From the NCBI GenBank assembly GCA_019634275.1, contig JAHQVP010000002.1, forward strand, positions 1 through 57,707: a DNA stretch of 57,707 nt, given 5' to 3'. The notes beneath the pieces are model-generated. The model was not told the origin of the DNA. It saw only the letters and a program-made list of their open reading frames with translations, and made no database searches. This document shows positions 37,539 through 46,800 of this stretch, one piece after another. Positions within the stretch are counted from its first letter, which is position 1. Every line of letters starts with the position of its first letter. This DNA comes from Saprospiraceae bacterium. Its GTDB lineage: Bacteria; Bacteroidota; Bacteroidia; Chitinophagales; Saprospiraceae. The position numbers and the translations under genes are program-made.

Positions 37539-38930
37539 ATGAGTGTCGCCAAAATTGACAAGGGAGAATTGACATCTGAGCTCAAAGTAGTGATTGAGCA
37601 GTCGCAGTACGAAAGCAAGTATAATGAGGAGCTAAAAAAGTATCGCCAGAAAGCGCAGATGAAGGGGTTCCGAAAAGGTAAGGTACCGCTCAGTGTCGTC
37701 CGAAAACTCTATGGGCGGGCGCTTCTTGCGGACGTCGTCAACGAATGCGTACAATCGGAAATGGCGACCTACTTTGAAGAGGAGAAGCTAGAGACTTTGG
37801 GTCAACCCATACCTGCGGAGTCCCAGCAACCTATCGACTTCGAATTGAAAACCAAGGGGGACTTTGAATTTAATTTTGACATTGGGCTTGCTCCCCATGT
37901 CGAATTGAAGGGATTAGATGATACGTCGTCGTTTACCATGTGGTCAGTAACCGTACCTGAAGACATGATTGACGAGCAAATGGCCGATCTCAGAAAACGA
38001 GCCGGTGAACGTGCTCTAGTGGAAGACTCTATTGAGGAAGAAGATGTCCTCACCTTCAACGCCTGGGAACTTGCAGATGGCAAACGGAAAGTAAAGGGCT
38101 TAGAAACCACCTTTAAAATCGCGATGGATTTGATCGAGCCGCTCGACATAGCAGCTAAGCTGTTGGCGTCCAAACAGGGAGATACCATTCGTTTTGACAT
38201 CTTCAAACTGGAGAAGGATCGGGACGAGGACTTTGTTAGAAAACACCTCTTGCAATTGGATGAGGATGATTTGGATCGAGAAGTCGGTAATGACTTTGAA
38301 GCCGAGATCATCGAAGTAAGCCGCTTGCAACCAGCAGAACTCAATCAAGCGTTTTTTGACAAAGTATTTGGCCCTGACAAGGTATCGTCAGAAGAGGAAG
38401 CCCGAGGGGAAATTCAAGATCAAATTAAGTCTCAGTACAATCGCCAGGCGGAAGCGCTGCTTTATCGTGACTTTCAGGACCGCTTGATGGAAATGCACAG
38501 CATCGATCTCCCCGACGCGTTTCTCAAACGATGGCTGGTCATCAGTAGTGAGGAAAACACAAAAGAAACCGTCGATGCTGGATATGAGGCATTTGCTCGG
38601 GGGTTACGGTGGAATTTGATAGAGACACAAATTCAAAAAAAGTACGAATTGGAGGTGGATCAAAGCGACGTCAGAGACGCGATCAAGCAGCAGATTCTAG
38701 GTTATATGCAAGGGTATCCTCTAGGAGACGAAGTGCTTGATTCTTTGGTCGACCGATCCATGGCTGATGAGAAGCAAGTACGAAATGCCTACCAAGAGAA
38801 GATGGGAGATCTCATCTTCGAAAAGATTCGTGACCTAGTGACCATCGTTGAAGAGGATGTGACTGTGGATGAACTGCAAGAAAAAATGGCGGAGGCTCAG
38901 CGAACCATGTCATCCGGAGAAGAAGAATGA
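37539..38930 (+). CDS. tig: Trigger factor
   Basis: N-terminal ribosome-binding GFRKGKVP motif. Acidic, 463 aa. Conserved tig-clpP-clpX gene order. Confidence 0.92.
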   Translation: MSVAKIDKGELTSELKVVIEQSQYESKYNEELKKYRQKAQMKGFRKGKVPLSVVRKLYGRALLADVVNECVQSEMATYFEEEKLETLGQPIPAESQQPIDFELKTKGDFEFNFDIGLAPHVELKGLDDTSSFTMWSVTVPEDMIDEQMADLRKRAGERALVEDSIEEEDVLTFNAWELADGKRKVKGLETTFKIAMDLIEPLDIAAKLLASKQGDTIRFDIFKLEKDRDEDFVRKHLLQLDEDDLDREVGNDFEAEIIEVSRLQPAELNQAFFDKVFGPDKVSSEEEARGEIQDQIKSQYNRQAEALLYRDFQDRLMEMHSIDLPDAFLKRWLVISSEENTKETVDAGYEAFARGLRWNLIETQIQKKYELEVDQSDVRDAIKQQILGYMQGYPLGDEVLDSLVDRSMADEKQVRNAYQEKMGDLIFEKIRDLVTIVEEDVTVDELQEKMAEAQRTMSSGEEE

Positions 38931-38988
38931 TTGGTCGATAGAACCTTTTTGCACGTCTGACACTTATATAAGGACGCCATTTATTTAC

Positions 38989-38996
38989 TACGTTTG
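38989..38996 (+). promoter_or_regulatory. Candidate -7 promoter element (TAnnTTTG) upstream of clpP
   Basis: TACGTTTG, 53 nt upstream of the clpP ATG. Confidence 0.25.
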
Positions 38997-39048
38997 GCAG
39001 TAAGGCGGAGGGCACGCAGTCTTCCAGCCTCTAAAAAAGGATAAAGTT

Positions 39049-39747
39049 ATGTTTAGCAGAGAAGAATTTCGGAAGTATGCCGTCAAGCACATGGGGATGA
39101 GCAGCAGCCATCTGGATCGCTATATGGATGTGTCGGTGCCCAAAATTGATGGATTTACCCCTCAAGTTATTGAAGAACGCCAAATGAATATTGTGGGAAT
39201 GGATGTGTTTTCCCGTCTGATGATGGATCGCATCATCTTTATGGGGGTTCCCGTCAATGACTACGTGGCCAATGTGATCCAGGCACAACTGCTTTTTTTA
39301 GCCTCTACTGATCCGAAGCGTGATGTGCAGATGTACATAAACAGTCCCGGTGGTTCGGTTATTGCTGGACTAGGCATTTACGATACTATGCAGCACGTCT
39401 CTATGGATATCGGTACGATCTGTACAGGACTTGCCGCCAGCATGGGCGCGGTTCTCCTTGCAGCAGGGACCAAAGGCAAGCGTACTTGCCTGCCACATGC
39501 TCGGGTGATGATCCATCAACCGTCTGGTGGTATGCAGGGACAATTTTCCGACATGGAGATCTCTTACAACCTGATCCGAGACATGAAGAAGGAGCTCTAC
39601 GAGATTCTTGCCCACCATACCGGACAGGAATATGCCAAGATTGAGGAGGATTGTGATCGAGACAACTGGATGAAGGCGGCAGAGGCCAAAGAATATGGCC
39701 TTATAGACGAAGTCCTTGATCCTCGAGCTTCTTCAGACGAAGGGTAG
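39049..39747 (+). CDS. clpP: ATP-dependent Clp protease proteolytic subunit
   Basis: INSPGGSV, catalytic Ser in GLAASMGAVLL, and MIHQPSGG. Has the N-terminal extension common in Bacteroidota. Confidence 0.95.
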   Translation: MFSREEFRKYAVKHMGMSSSHLDRYMDVSVPKIDGFTPQVIEERQMNIVGMDVFSRLMMDRIIFMGVPVNDYVANVIQAQLLFLASTDPKRDVQMYINSPGGSVIAGLGIYDTMQHVSMDIGTICTGLAASMGAVLLAAGTKGKRTCLPHARVMIHQPSGGMQGQFSDMEISYNLIRDMKKELYEILAHHTGQEYAKIEEDCDRDNWMKAAEAKEYGLIDEVLDPRASSDEG

Positions 39748-39789
39748 GCTTAGCAGGGGGTTGTATATTTGAGATAGAGAAATCGATTC

Positions 39790-41025
39790 ATGGAAGACAA
39801 AAACGTACGGTGTTCCTTTTGCGGCCGTGATAAAGGAGAGGCATTAATCCTTATAGCGGGGATTGAAGGTCATATTTGTGAGGTTTGCGTCGAGCAGGCC
39901 AATGACATCATTGCCGAAGAGCTCTATGACAAGGAGAAAGGAGAAAAAGACAGCACGTTTTTGCTTCCTTCGAATCTTACTCCCAAGGTGATTAAGAAAA
40001 GCCTGGATGAGTACGTCATTGGGCAGGACGAAGCAAAGCGGTACTTATCGGTTGCGGTGTATAATCACTACAAACGTATTGGCCTGGAGAAGAAGGATGA
40101 TGTCGAGCTCGAAAAGTCCAATATTTTATTTGTAGGCCGAACAGGTACAGGTAAAACGTTGATGGCCAAAACGATAGCCAGAATGCTCAATGTGCCCTTT
40201 GCCATCGTGGACGCCACGGTCTTTACCGAAGCCGGATATGTGGGGGAAGATGTTGAAAGCATCTTAAGCAGACTTCTGCAGGTGTGCGATTATAATGTGG
40301 AGGCGGCAGAAAAGGGCATTGTCTACATCGATGAGATTGACAAGATCGCCCGCAAATCTGATAATCCTTCCATCACCCGAGATGTGTCTGGAGAAGGGGT
40401 GCAACAAGCACTTTTGAAGATGCTCGAAGGAACAGACGTTAATGTTCCTCCCCAGGGTGGTCGTAAGCATCCAGAGCAGAAGCTGATTAAGGTTAATACC
40501 ACAAATGTCCTCTTTATTTGTGGTGGTGCTTTCGATGGTGTTGAAAAGTACATCGGACGTCGACTTAATACACAGGTCATCGGATACAGCAAACAAGAAG
40601 GTACAGAGGTAGACAAAGAAAACTTGCTTCAATACGTTAACCATCAGGACCTCCGGCAATTTGGGCTGATCCCAGAATTGCTAGGACGATTGCCCGTCCT
40701 GACATACTTGAATCCACTGGACCTGGAGGCACTAAAGACCATTTTGGTCAAACCAAAGAATTCGATCATCAAGCAATACACCAAGCTTTTTAAGATTGAA
40801 GGTGTAGACTTTTCCATCACTGATTCTGCCTTGGAGTTCATTGCTGAGAAGGCCTTGGAGTACAAGTTGGGTGCACGTGGCCTTCGCTCAATATGCGAAG
40901 CCATTCTGACCGATGCGATGTTCGATATTCCCTCTGAGAAAGAGAAGAAGCCATTTCAGGTTGATCTTCGATATGCGCGAGAGAAACTGGGCAAATCCAA
41001 GTTGAAACAGCTTAAGGTGGCATAG
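39790..41025 (+). CDS. clpX: ATP-dependent Clp protease ATP-binding subunit ClpX
   Basis: N-terminal zinc finger CSFCG...CEVC, Walker A GRTGTGKT, Walker [10 protein letters not shown], and GARGLRS. Confidence 0.96.
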   Translation: MEDKNVRCSFCGRDKGEALILIAGIEGHICEVCVEQANDIIAEELYDKEKGEKDSTFLLPSNLTPKVIKKSLDEYVIGQDEAKRYLSVAVYNHYKRIGLEKKDDVELEKSNILFVGRTGTGKTLMAKTIARMLNVPFAIVDATVFTEAGYVGEDVESILSRLLQVCDYNVEAAEKGIVYIDEIDKIARKSDNPSITRDVSGEGVQQALLKMLEGTDVNVPPQGGRKHPEQKLIKVNTTNVLFICGGAFDGVEKYIGRRLNTQVIGYSKQEGTEVDKENLLQYVNHQDLRQFGLIPELLGRLPVLTYLNPLDLEALKTILVKPKNSIIKQYTKLFKIEGVDFSITDSALEFIAEKALEYKLGARGLRSICEAILTDAMFDIPSEKEKKPFQVDLRYAREKLGKSKLKQLKVA

Positions 41026-41753
41026 TGAGGTATCGTCTTGCCTTGTCGTATCGAGGTACCAACTATGTGGGATGGCAAGTGCAACCCAATGGTGATTCGA
41101 TTCAGGGAAAGATCGAAGAGGCATTATTTACAATCTGTCAGAAACCCTTGCGGGTGGTAGGATGTGGACGCACCGATGCAGGAGTGCATGCGAGGGAGTA
41201 TGTTGCTCATCTTGAATCTGAGGAGCGATTGCCGGACCATGCTCTGCAGCGACTCAACCGACTCTTGCCGAATGACATACAGCTGAGTAAGATCGAAGAA
41301 GCAGATCCGCTGTTTCATGCACGTCACGACGCCACGCAGCGAGGTTATCGGTATCACATTCTGGCGCGCAACGATCCCTTTAAGATTGATCTGGCCTACC
41401 GCTACCCCCATTTTGAAAAAATCAACCAAGCCCTTCTGCACGAGGCTGCGCAGTTGCTCATGGGTTATGATTCATTCTTTCCCTTTTGTAAGACCAACTC
41501 TGGAGTGGATCATTATCGCTGCCGTTTGCATCACAGCGAATGGAGGATTGATGAGGACCAAGCAGTGTACCATATTCAGGGCAATCGATTTCTTCGAGGC
41601 ATGGTAAGGTTAATTGTAGGCATGTGTCTCAATGTGGCTACTCAGAAGTACCCACTTGAGGAAGTGCGCATTAGTCTTGACCAGCAAAAGCCGCTTAATC
41701 AGAGCTGGTCGGTACCGGCTCATGGTCTATTCTTAGACCAGGTGTCCTACTAG
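41025..41753 (+). CDS. truA: tRNA pseudouridine(38-40) synthase TruA
   Basis: GTG start overlapping the clpX stop. YRGTNYVGWQVQ and the catalytic GCGRTDAGVHA motif. 242 aa. Confidence 0.92.
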   Translation: MRYRLALSYRGTNYVGWQVQPNGDSIQGKIEEALFTICQKPLRVVGCGRTDAGVHAREYVAHLESEERLPDHALQRLNRLLPNDIQLSKIEEADPLFHARHDATQRGYRYHILARNDPFKIDLAYRYPHFEKINQALLHEAAQLLMGYDSFFPFCKTNSGVDHYRCRLHHSEWRIDEDQAVYHIQGNRFLRGMVRLIVGMCLNVATQKYPLEEVRISLDQQKPLNQSWSVPAHGLFLDQVSY

Positions 41754-41777
41754 GTTTTCTGCTGGAAGAAGGTGGTG

Positions 41778-43064
41778 TCAAACTGCCGCCAGCTTCTCCT
41801 CATAGAGTGGGAAATGACTCATCATGTCGTTTACTTCCTTCTTGACGGCTGCAATACGTCCTTCATCGTCCGCTTTTTGCAGAATATGATCGATCCACTC
41901 TACGACTTGTTCGCAGTGTGTTGTCGTAAGTCCTCTGGTGGTGATGGCCGCCGTTCCGATCCTAATGCCCGATGTGACAAAGGGAGATTCAGTGTCGAAA
42001 GGAACCATGTTCTTGTTTACGGTAATATCGGCTTTGACCAGGGCTTGTTCCGCTAGTTTGCCATTGATCCCTTTTGATCGAAGATCGATCAGCATGAGGT
42101 GATTGTCTGTTCCTCCAGAAATGATGTCAAACCCCTGGCGTAAAAACGCAGCAGCCATGGCTTGCGCGTTGACAATGACTTGCTTTGCATAGTCCGTAAA
42201 TGAGGGTTGAAGGGCCTCGCCAAATGCCACCGCTTTAGCTGCGATCACGTGCTCGAGAGGGCCTCCTTGCATTCCTGGAAATACGCCGCTATTTAAGATA
42301 GAGGACATCTTAATGGGATTGCCTTTTCTGGTAGTTCTGCCCCATGGATTGGGAAAATCCTTCCCCATCATGATCAATCCCCCTCGCGGACCACGCAAGG
42401 TCTTGTGAGTGGTCGAACTCACGATATGACAGTGCGGGAGAGGGTCTTTGAGCAGTTTGGCCGCAATTAGGCCTGCAGGATGTGCGATGTCGGCCAACAA
42501 TAGAGCACCCACGGCATCCGCAATTTTTCTAAATCGCTCGTAGTCCCAATCCCGGGCATAGGCACTAGCACCACAGATGATCATTTTGGGATGGTGCTCC
42601 ATCGCAAGGGCTTCTACCTTGTCCATGTCGATCGTTCCCGTTTCTTTTTCGACACCATAGAAAACCGGATTGTACACTTTGCCAGAATAGTTGACTGGTG
42701 ATCCATGCGAAAGGTGACCTCCGTGAGATAAGTCAAAACCGAGTACCGTATCTCCTGGTTGTAGGCAGGCGAGGAAAATTGCAGCATTGGCTTGGGCACC
42801 TGAGTGGGGTTGTACATTGGCATAGGCAGCCCCAAAGAGTTCCTTTAGACGCTCTATGGCAAGTGTTTCGATTTTATCCACTACTTCGCATCCTCCATAG
42901 TATCGTTTGCCAGGATACCCTTCAGCATATTTGTTGGTTAAGCACGTTCCCATTGCGTCTAATACCGCTTGACTCGTGAAGTTTTCACTGGCGATCAACT
43001 CGATGCCAGAACGCTGACGATGCAATTCCTCTGCAATTAATTGTGAGATTACCTGGTCGGACAT
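41778..43064 (-). CDS. glyA: Serine hydroxymethyltransferase
   Basis: [24 protein letters not shown], and the PLP lysine region [15 protein letters not shown]. 428 aa. Confidence 0.96.
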   Translation of the reverse strand: MSDQVISQLIAEELHRQRSGIELIASENFTSQAVLDAMGTCLTNKYAEGYPGKRYYGGCEVVDKIETLAIERLKELFGAAYANVQPHSGAQANAAIFLACLQPGDTVLGFDLSHGGHLSHGSPVNYSGKVYNPVFYGVEKETGTIDMDKVEALAMEHHPKMIICGASAYARDWDYERFRKIADAVGALLLADIAHPAGLIAAKLLKDPLPHCHIVSSTTHKTLRGPRGGLIMMGKDFPNPWGRTTRKGNPIKMSSILNSGVFPGMQGGPLEHVIAAKAVAFGEALQPSFTDYAKQVIVNAQAMAAAFLRQGFDIISGGTDNHLMLIDLRSKGINGKLAEQALVKADITVNKNMVPFDTESPFVTSGIRIGTAAITTRGLTTTHCEQVVEWIDHILQKADDEGRIAAVKKEVNDMMSHFPLYEEKLAAV

Positions 43065-43199
43065 ATTTCAAAATTTATATATGATGCAAATGTATGAAGA
43101 AAAGCTTTCGACAAAGACTGCTGCGCATAAGGATGGGGTAGGACGCTTAGATAACCAGATCTAGAGAGGCTCGTGGTTTCTGGGTCTAAAAAGAGAAAA

Positions 43200-43227
43200 G
43201 GGCCACCTCGCAACTGCGAGATGGCCC
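43200..43227 (-). terminator. Rho-independent terminator after the OmpA-family repeat protein gene
   Basis: GGGCCACCTCGCA-AC-TGCGAGATGGCCC, a 13-bp stem with one mismatch. On the minus strand it is followed by TTTTCTCTTTTT. It lies 28 nt past the stop at 43255. Confidence 0.7.
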
Positions 43228-43254
43228 TTTATCTGGTTTTTATAACCCTGGGTA

Positions 43255-45414
43255 CTAATAGTCAATTCCAAGCGCCTCGAGGGTCTCGATATCAAGTTGA
43301 CCTACAGGAAGTCCTTTGTCTCTTTGATACTTAACCAAAGCAGCTTTTGTCATTGGTCCCATCTGATTGTCTGCTACACCGGGATCGTAACCCAATGCAC
43401 GAAGTGCATTTTGTACGCTACGGATCAGTTGAGAGGTAATGTCTGCATTGCAAACTACTTCTCTCCACTCCGTCAAACCACCTTTCTTAACCAAGTTTCT
43501 TTTGGTGATGGTACGGTATTCAGCAGGGATATCCTCTGTGGTAGTCGTTGCGGCAGAAGCCAACTTACGATACGTACGAGTCTCATACTGAGCAGGGATC
43601 TCCTCTACTCTGGTAGAAGCAGGTGAGACCAATTTCTGATAGGTACGGGTTTTATATTCAGCTGGTATCTCGACCGTGCGTGTTGTCGCAGGCGAAACCA
43701 ACTTGCGGTACGTGCGGGTGACGTACTCATCGCAGTCAGATCTGTCAGATTCACCATACATGATGAATTCTGTTCTTCGATTTTTCAGTTTGCCAGCAGC
43801 TGTGTTGTTGGTGGCAATTGGCTGAGATTCGCCTTTGCCTTCGTAGCTCAGACGGCTAGCAGGAATGCCATTGCTAACCAGGACGTCATAAACGGCCTTC
43901 GCTCTTGCACGAGACAATGCCATATTGGCATCATCACCTCCATCGCTGTCGGTGTGACCTACGAGTGAAGCGGTGGCACTGGCCTCGTCTTTCAACATGG
44001 CTTCCACTTTGCTGATTTCAGCAAAAGAAGACTGGAGAAGTTCTGCTGATCCAGATCGGAAATTGATATTTTCCAGGATCATGGACTTCCCACATGGCAC
44101 TGCTTCTGTGCGTGCAGCAGAGGCGAGCTTGCGATAGGTGCGTGTCTCGTATACCGCTGGGATTTCTACCTCGCGTGTGGTCGCTGGAGAAACCAATTTC
44201 TGATACGAACGTGTCTCATAGCGTGCAGCCACATCTTCCGTGCGTGAAGTTTCAGGCTTGGAGATCTTTTCGTAAGTACGTGTCTCGTACCGAGCTGGGA
44301 TTTCTTCAACCTCTTCTTTCGCTGGAGTGACCAACTTGCGGTAGGTGCGGGTCTCGTACTGAGCAGGAATCTCAACGGTCTTCGTAGAAGCGGGAGATAC
44401 CAATTTCTGATAGGTGCGTGTTTTGTACTCAGCGGGTACTTCTACTTCGCGAACACAATCGTCACCACTGTCAGTCCATCCGGCATCACAGCCGACGCGT
44501 ACTTGTCGAGTCACGGTCTGGAATCGAGCAGGTACTTCTACCAGACACCATACCAAGCAATCATTGGGATCGGCCGAGAGGCAGTTTCGATCCGCCTTTT
44601 TCTTGACCCATTTTGTGGATGCTGGAGACACTTCGATGGTTTCCGTCTCGGTCGTATACTTTGCAGGTACACGTTCAATACGGCTGGAAGCCTCTCGAAC
44701 CAAGACTTCCTCAGAGATGGTTTCGTACTCTGCAGGAACAGATACCAGCTGCGTAGAGGCTTCTTTTACCAACACTTCTTCCGTTACATTCTCGTATACG
44801 GCAGGGATCGTCTTGATGCGACTGGAAGCTTCTTCGACCAACACTTCTTCAGTGACGGTCTCATACTCTTCTGGCACCTTCACTATGCGTGTAGAAGCCT
44901 CAGCAACGAGTACTTCCTCGCTGACGGTTTCGTAGACAGCAGGTACCACCTCGATCCGAGAAGAAGCCTCTTTGACCAGTACTTCTTCGGTTACGGTTTC
45001 GTAGACGGCAGGAATCACTCGTACTCGTGGTGCATTCCTTTTTGCCAGCACACGCTCCGTGACTGTTTCGAAAACAGCTGGCACGGTTTCGAGCCGTGTG
45101 GATGCTTCTTTAACCAAAACCTCTTCGGTTACGGTCTCGTACTCAGCCGGCACGGGAATGATGCGTGTAGAAGCCTCTTTGACCAAAACTTCTTCCGTCA
45201 CATTCTCATAAACTGCCGGCACGACCGCTGTCTTACTTGACGCAGCGCGCACCAGTACCTCCTCGGTGACAGTTTCGTATTGATCAGGAATCAAACATTT
45301 AGCGTAGCATTTTCCAGGCTCTCCTGCGGGTGGCATGTCGTCACCAGGTTGAGCAAATGCGACCACGCTAAACATGAGGAAACAAGCGATCAATGATAGT
45401 TGAATCTTTCTCAT
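43255..45414 (-). CDS. OmpA-family peptidoglycan-associated protein with 19 copies of a 23-aa repeat and an extra C-terminal PG_binding_1-like domain
   Basis: Signal peptide ...VVAFAQ. Repeat blocks are listed as separate features. OmpA_C core NFRSGSAEL...LVGHTDSDG...LSRARA...NRRTEF. C-terminal LRALGYDPGVADNQMGPMTKAALVKYQRDKGLPV. Confidence 0.88.
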   Translation of the reverse strand: MRKIQLSLIACFLMFSVVAFAQPGDDMPPAGEPGKCYAKCLIPDQYETVTEEVLVRAASSKTAVVPAVYENVTEEVLVKEASTRIIPVPAEYETVTEEVLVKEASTRLETVPAVFETVTERVLAKRNAPRVRVIPAVYETVTEEVLVKEASSRIEVVPAVYETVSEEVLVAEASTRIVKVPEEYETVTEEVLVEEASSRIKTIPAVYENVTEEVLVKEASTQLVSVPAEYETISEEVLVREASSRIERVPAKYTTETETIEVSPASTKWVKKKADRNCLSADPNDCLVWCLVEVPARFQTVTRQVRVGCDAGWTDSGDDCVREVEVPAEYKTRTYQKLVSPASTKTVEIPAQYETRTYRKLVTPAKEEVEEIPARYETRTYEKISKPETSRTEDVAARYETRSYQKLVSPATTREVEIPAVYETRTYRKLASAARTEAVPCGKSMILENINFRSGSAELLQSSFAEISKVEAMLKDEASATASLVGHTDSDGGDDANMALSRARAKAVYDVLVSNGIPASRLSYEGKGESQPIATNNTAAGKLKNRRTEFIMYGESDRSDCDEYVTRTYRKLVSPATTRTVEIPAEYKTRTYQKLVSPASTRVEEIPAQYETRTYRKLASAATTTTEDIPAEYRTITKRNLVKKGGLTEWREVVCNADITSQLIRSVQNALRALGYDPGVADNQMGPMTKAALVKYQRDKGLPVGQLDIETLEALGIDY
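43459..43734 (-). repeat. Coding tandem repeat, block 3: 4 x about 69 nt of the block-2 type
   Basis: Residues 561-652, between the OmpA_C domain and the PG_binding_1-like domain. Confidence 0.85.
44095..44439 (-). repeat. Coding tandem repeat, block 2: 5 x 69 nt, consensus IPAxYETRTYxKLVSPAxTxxVE
   Basis: Residues 326-440, immediately upstream of the OmpA_C domain. A basic variant of the block-1 unit. Confidence 0.9.
44602..45291 (-). repeat. Coding tandem repeat, block 1: 10 x 69 nt (23 aa), consensus VPAxYETVTEEVLVKEASxRIxx
   Basis: Residues 42-271 of the OmpA-family protein, counted directly. One unit is 24 aa and one is 22 aa. Confidence 0.9.
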
Positions 45415-45475
45415 AATTAAAAACGGGTTACAAAATTGAATTAAAAAAAGGGATTAATACTCAAACAGTTCTTTG

Positions 45476-46684
45476 CTAACCCATTTTGGGGAAGCAAAGA
45501 TATTTCTTGGTTAATTGCATTTCTAGTTCAATGTCGTCGGCAAAATCAGAGAGGTTGATCACATCTCCTGATCGAAGTAGAATCCGGATCTGATCCTGCG
45601 TCGGATTATAAAAGTGCACTGTTTCCTGTCCCTCAATCAGCCAATCGTCAACCGAATCTTGATCGATTTGGTATTGAGCAACGATCTTTTGACGTGTTTT
45701 TTCCAAGTAGTCACTTTCAAAGCCAGACTTTGAAAATTGTACCGTAAATAGTTTGCGCTGAATGAGCCCGCTTGCGAGGGTGGAGAGTAGTAAGTCTTTG
45801 CAAGGTACACAGTTTTTAAGGAAGACGATAATGTCGTAGTCGTCCAGCTGGGTGAAATGGTGGAGTACCAGAGCCATGTCGTCTTGCGAGCCTGTCTTGG
45901 CTTCGAACAGGACTTGCAAGGAGACAGGAAGGTGCACTTCCAGAAGGCCTCTCTGGTGCAATGTGCGTGCACGTTCAATGGCCTTGATGATCATGCATTC
46001 TGCAGCAAGAACCGTTTTGTGTAGATAAACTTGCCAATACATGATCTTTCGTGCCATTAAGAAACTCTCCACCGAGTATATGCCCTTGGCCTCGACCACC
46101 AGCCGGTTTTGCGCCACATTGAGCATCTTAATGATGCGATCGTATCCAATACGGCCTTCAACTACTCCTGAGTAAAAACTGTCTCGTGTGAGATAGTCCA
46201 ATCGATCCATGTCCAACTGACTGGAGATCAATTCATGCAAGAACTGTTTTGGGTGCTCATTGGTGAAAATCTCGATGGCCACATCAAGTTTTCCATTAAA
46301 TTCTTGGTTGAGGGTACGCATAATGCGCAAGGAGATTTCTTCATGCGGACTGTCCACCAGCATCCCTTCTAACGCATGAGAAAACGGCCCATGCCCGATG
46401 TCATGCAGCAGGATTGCAATCTGACATCCTTCCGCTTCTTGATCGTTGATCTCCACCCCCTTGGAGCGAAGAACTCGGATGGCCAATCGCACCAGGTGCA
46501 TAGCACCCAAGGCATGATGAAAGCGTGTATGATTGGCACCTGGATAAATCAGATGGGTCAGTCCCAGCTGTCGGATCCTCCGCAACCTTTGAAACACAGG
46601 GTGCTCGATCAGATCGAAGAGGATTTCAAAATCTATGGTGATGAAACCATAGACGGGATCGTTAAAGATCTTTCGTTTGTTCAT
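45476..46684 (-). CDS. HD-domain dNTP triphosphohydrolase-like protein (SAMHD1/dGTPase superfamily)
   Basis: NHTRFHHALGAMHL, LLHDIGHGPFSH and DMDRLDYLTRDSFYSGV motifs. 402 aa. Confidence 0.85.
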   Translation of the reverse strand: MNKRKIFNDPVYGFITIDFEILFDLIEHPVFQRLRRIRQLGLTHLIYPGANHTRFHHALGAMHLVRLAIRVLRSKGVEINDQEAEGCQIAILLHDIGHGPFSHALEGMLVDSPHEEISLRIMRTLNQEFNGKLDVAIEIFTNEHPKQFLHELISSQLDMDRLDYLTRDSFYSGVVEGRIGYDRIIKMLNVAQNRLVVEAKGIYSVESFLMARKIMYWQVYLHKTVLAAECMIIKAIERARTLHQRGLLEVHLPVSLQVLFEAKTGSQDDMALVLHHFTQLDDYDIIVFLKNCVPCKDLLLSTLASGLIQRKLFTVQFSKSGFESDYLEKTRQKIVAQYQIDQDSVDDWLIEGQETVHFYNPTQDQIRILLRSGDVINLSDFADDIELEMQLTKKYLCFPKMG

Positions 46685-46800
46685 GACTACCGAAGAATAT
46701 TAATTCTCCTGCATACGTTTGTCAGGGGTAAAATTGAGAAACATCTGACGAAATAACATCTACCCAAGGTTTATTTTAAAAAAGATCAAAACGGAAAACT

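Noticed and set aside
43065-43199. A possible folate/ZTP-type riboswitch in the glyA leader, and likewise upstream of purH.
   Set aside because: I could not find the conserved ZTP (pfl) or THF motif cores by eye. The purH leader is only 44 nt. A covariance-model scan would be needed to be definitive.
44414-45240. Two long plus-strand ORFs (173 and 245 aa) antisense to the OmpA-family repeat gene.
   Set aside because: They are by-products of the 69-nt periodic repeat, which propagates stop-free frames on the opposite strand. The minus-strand product has a signal peptide, OmpA_C motifs and its own terminator.
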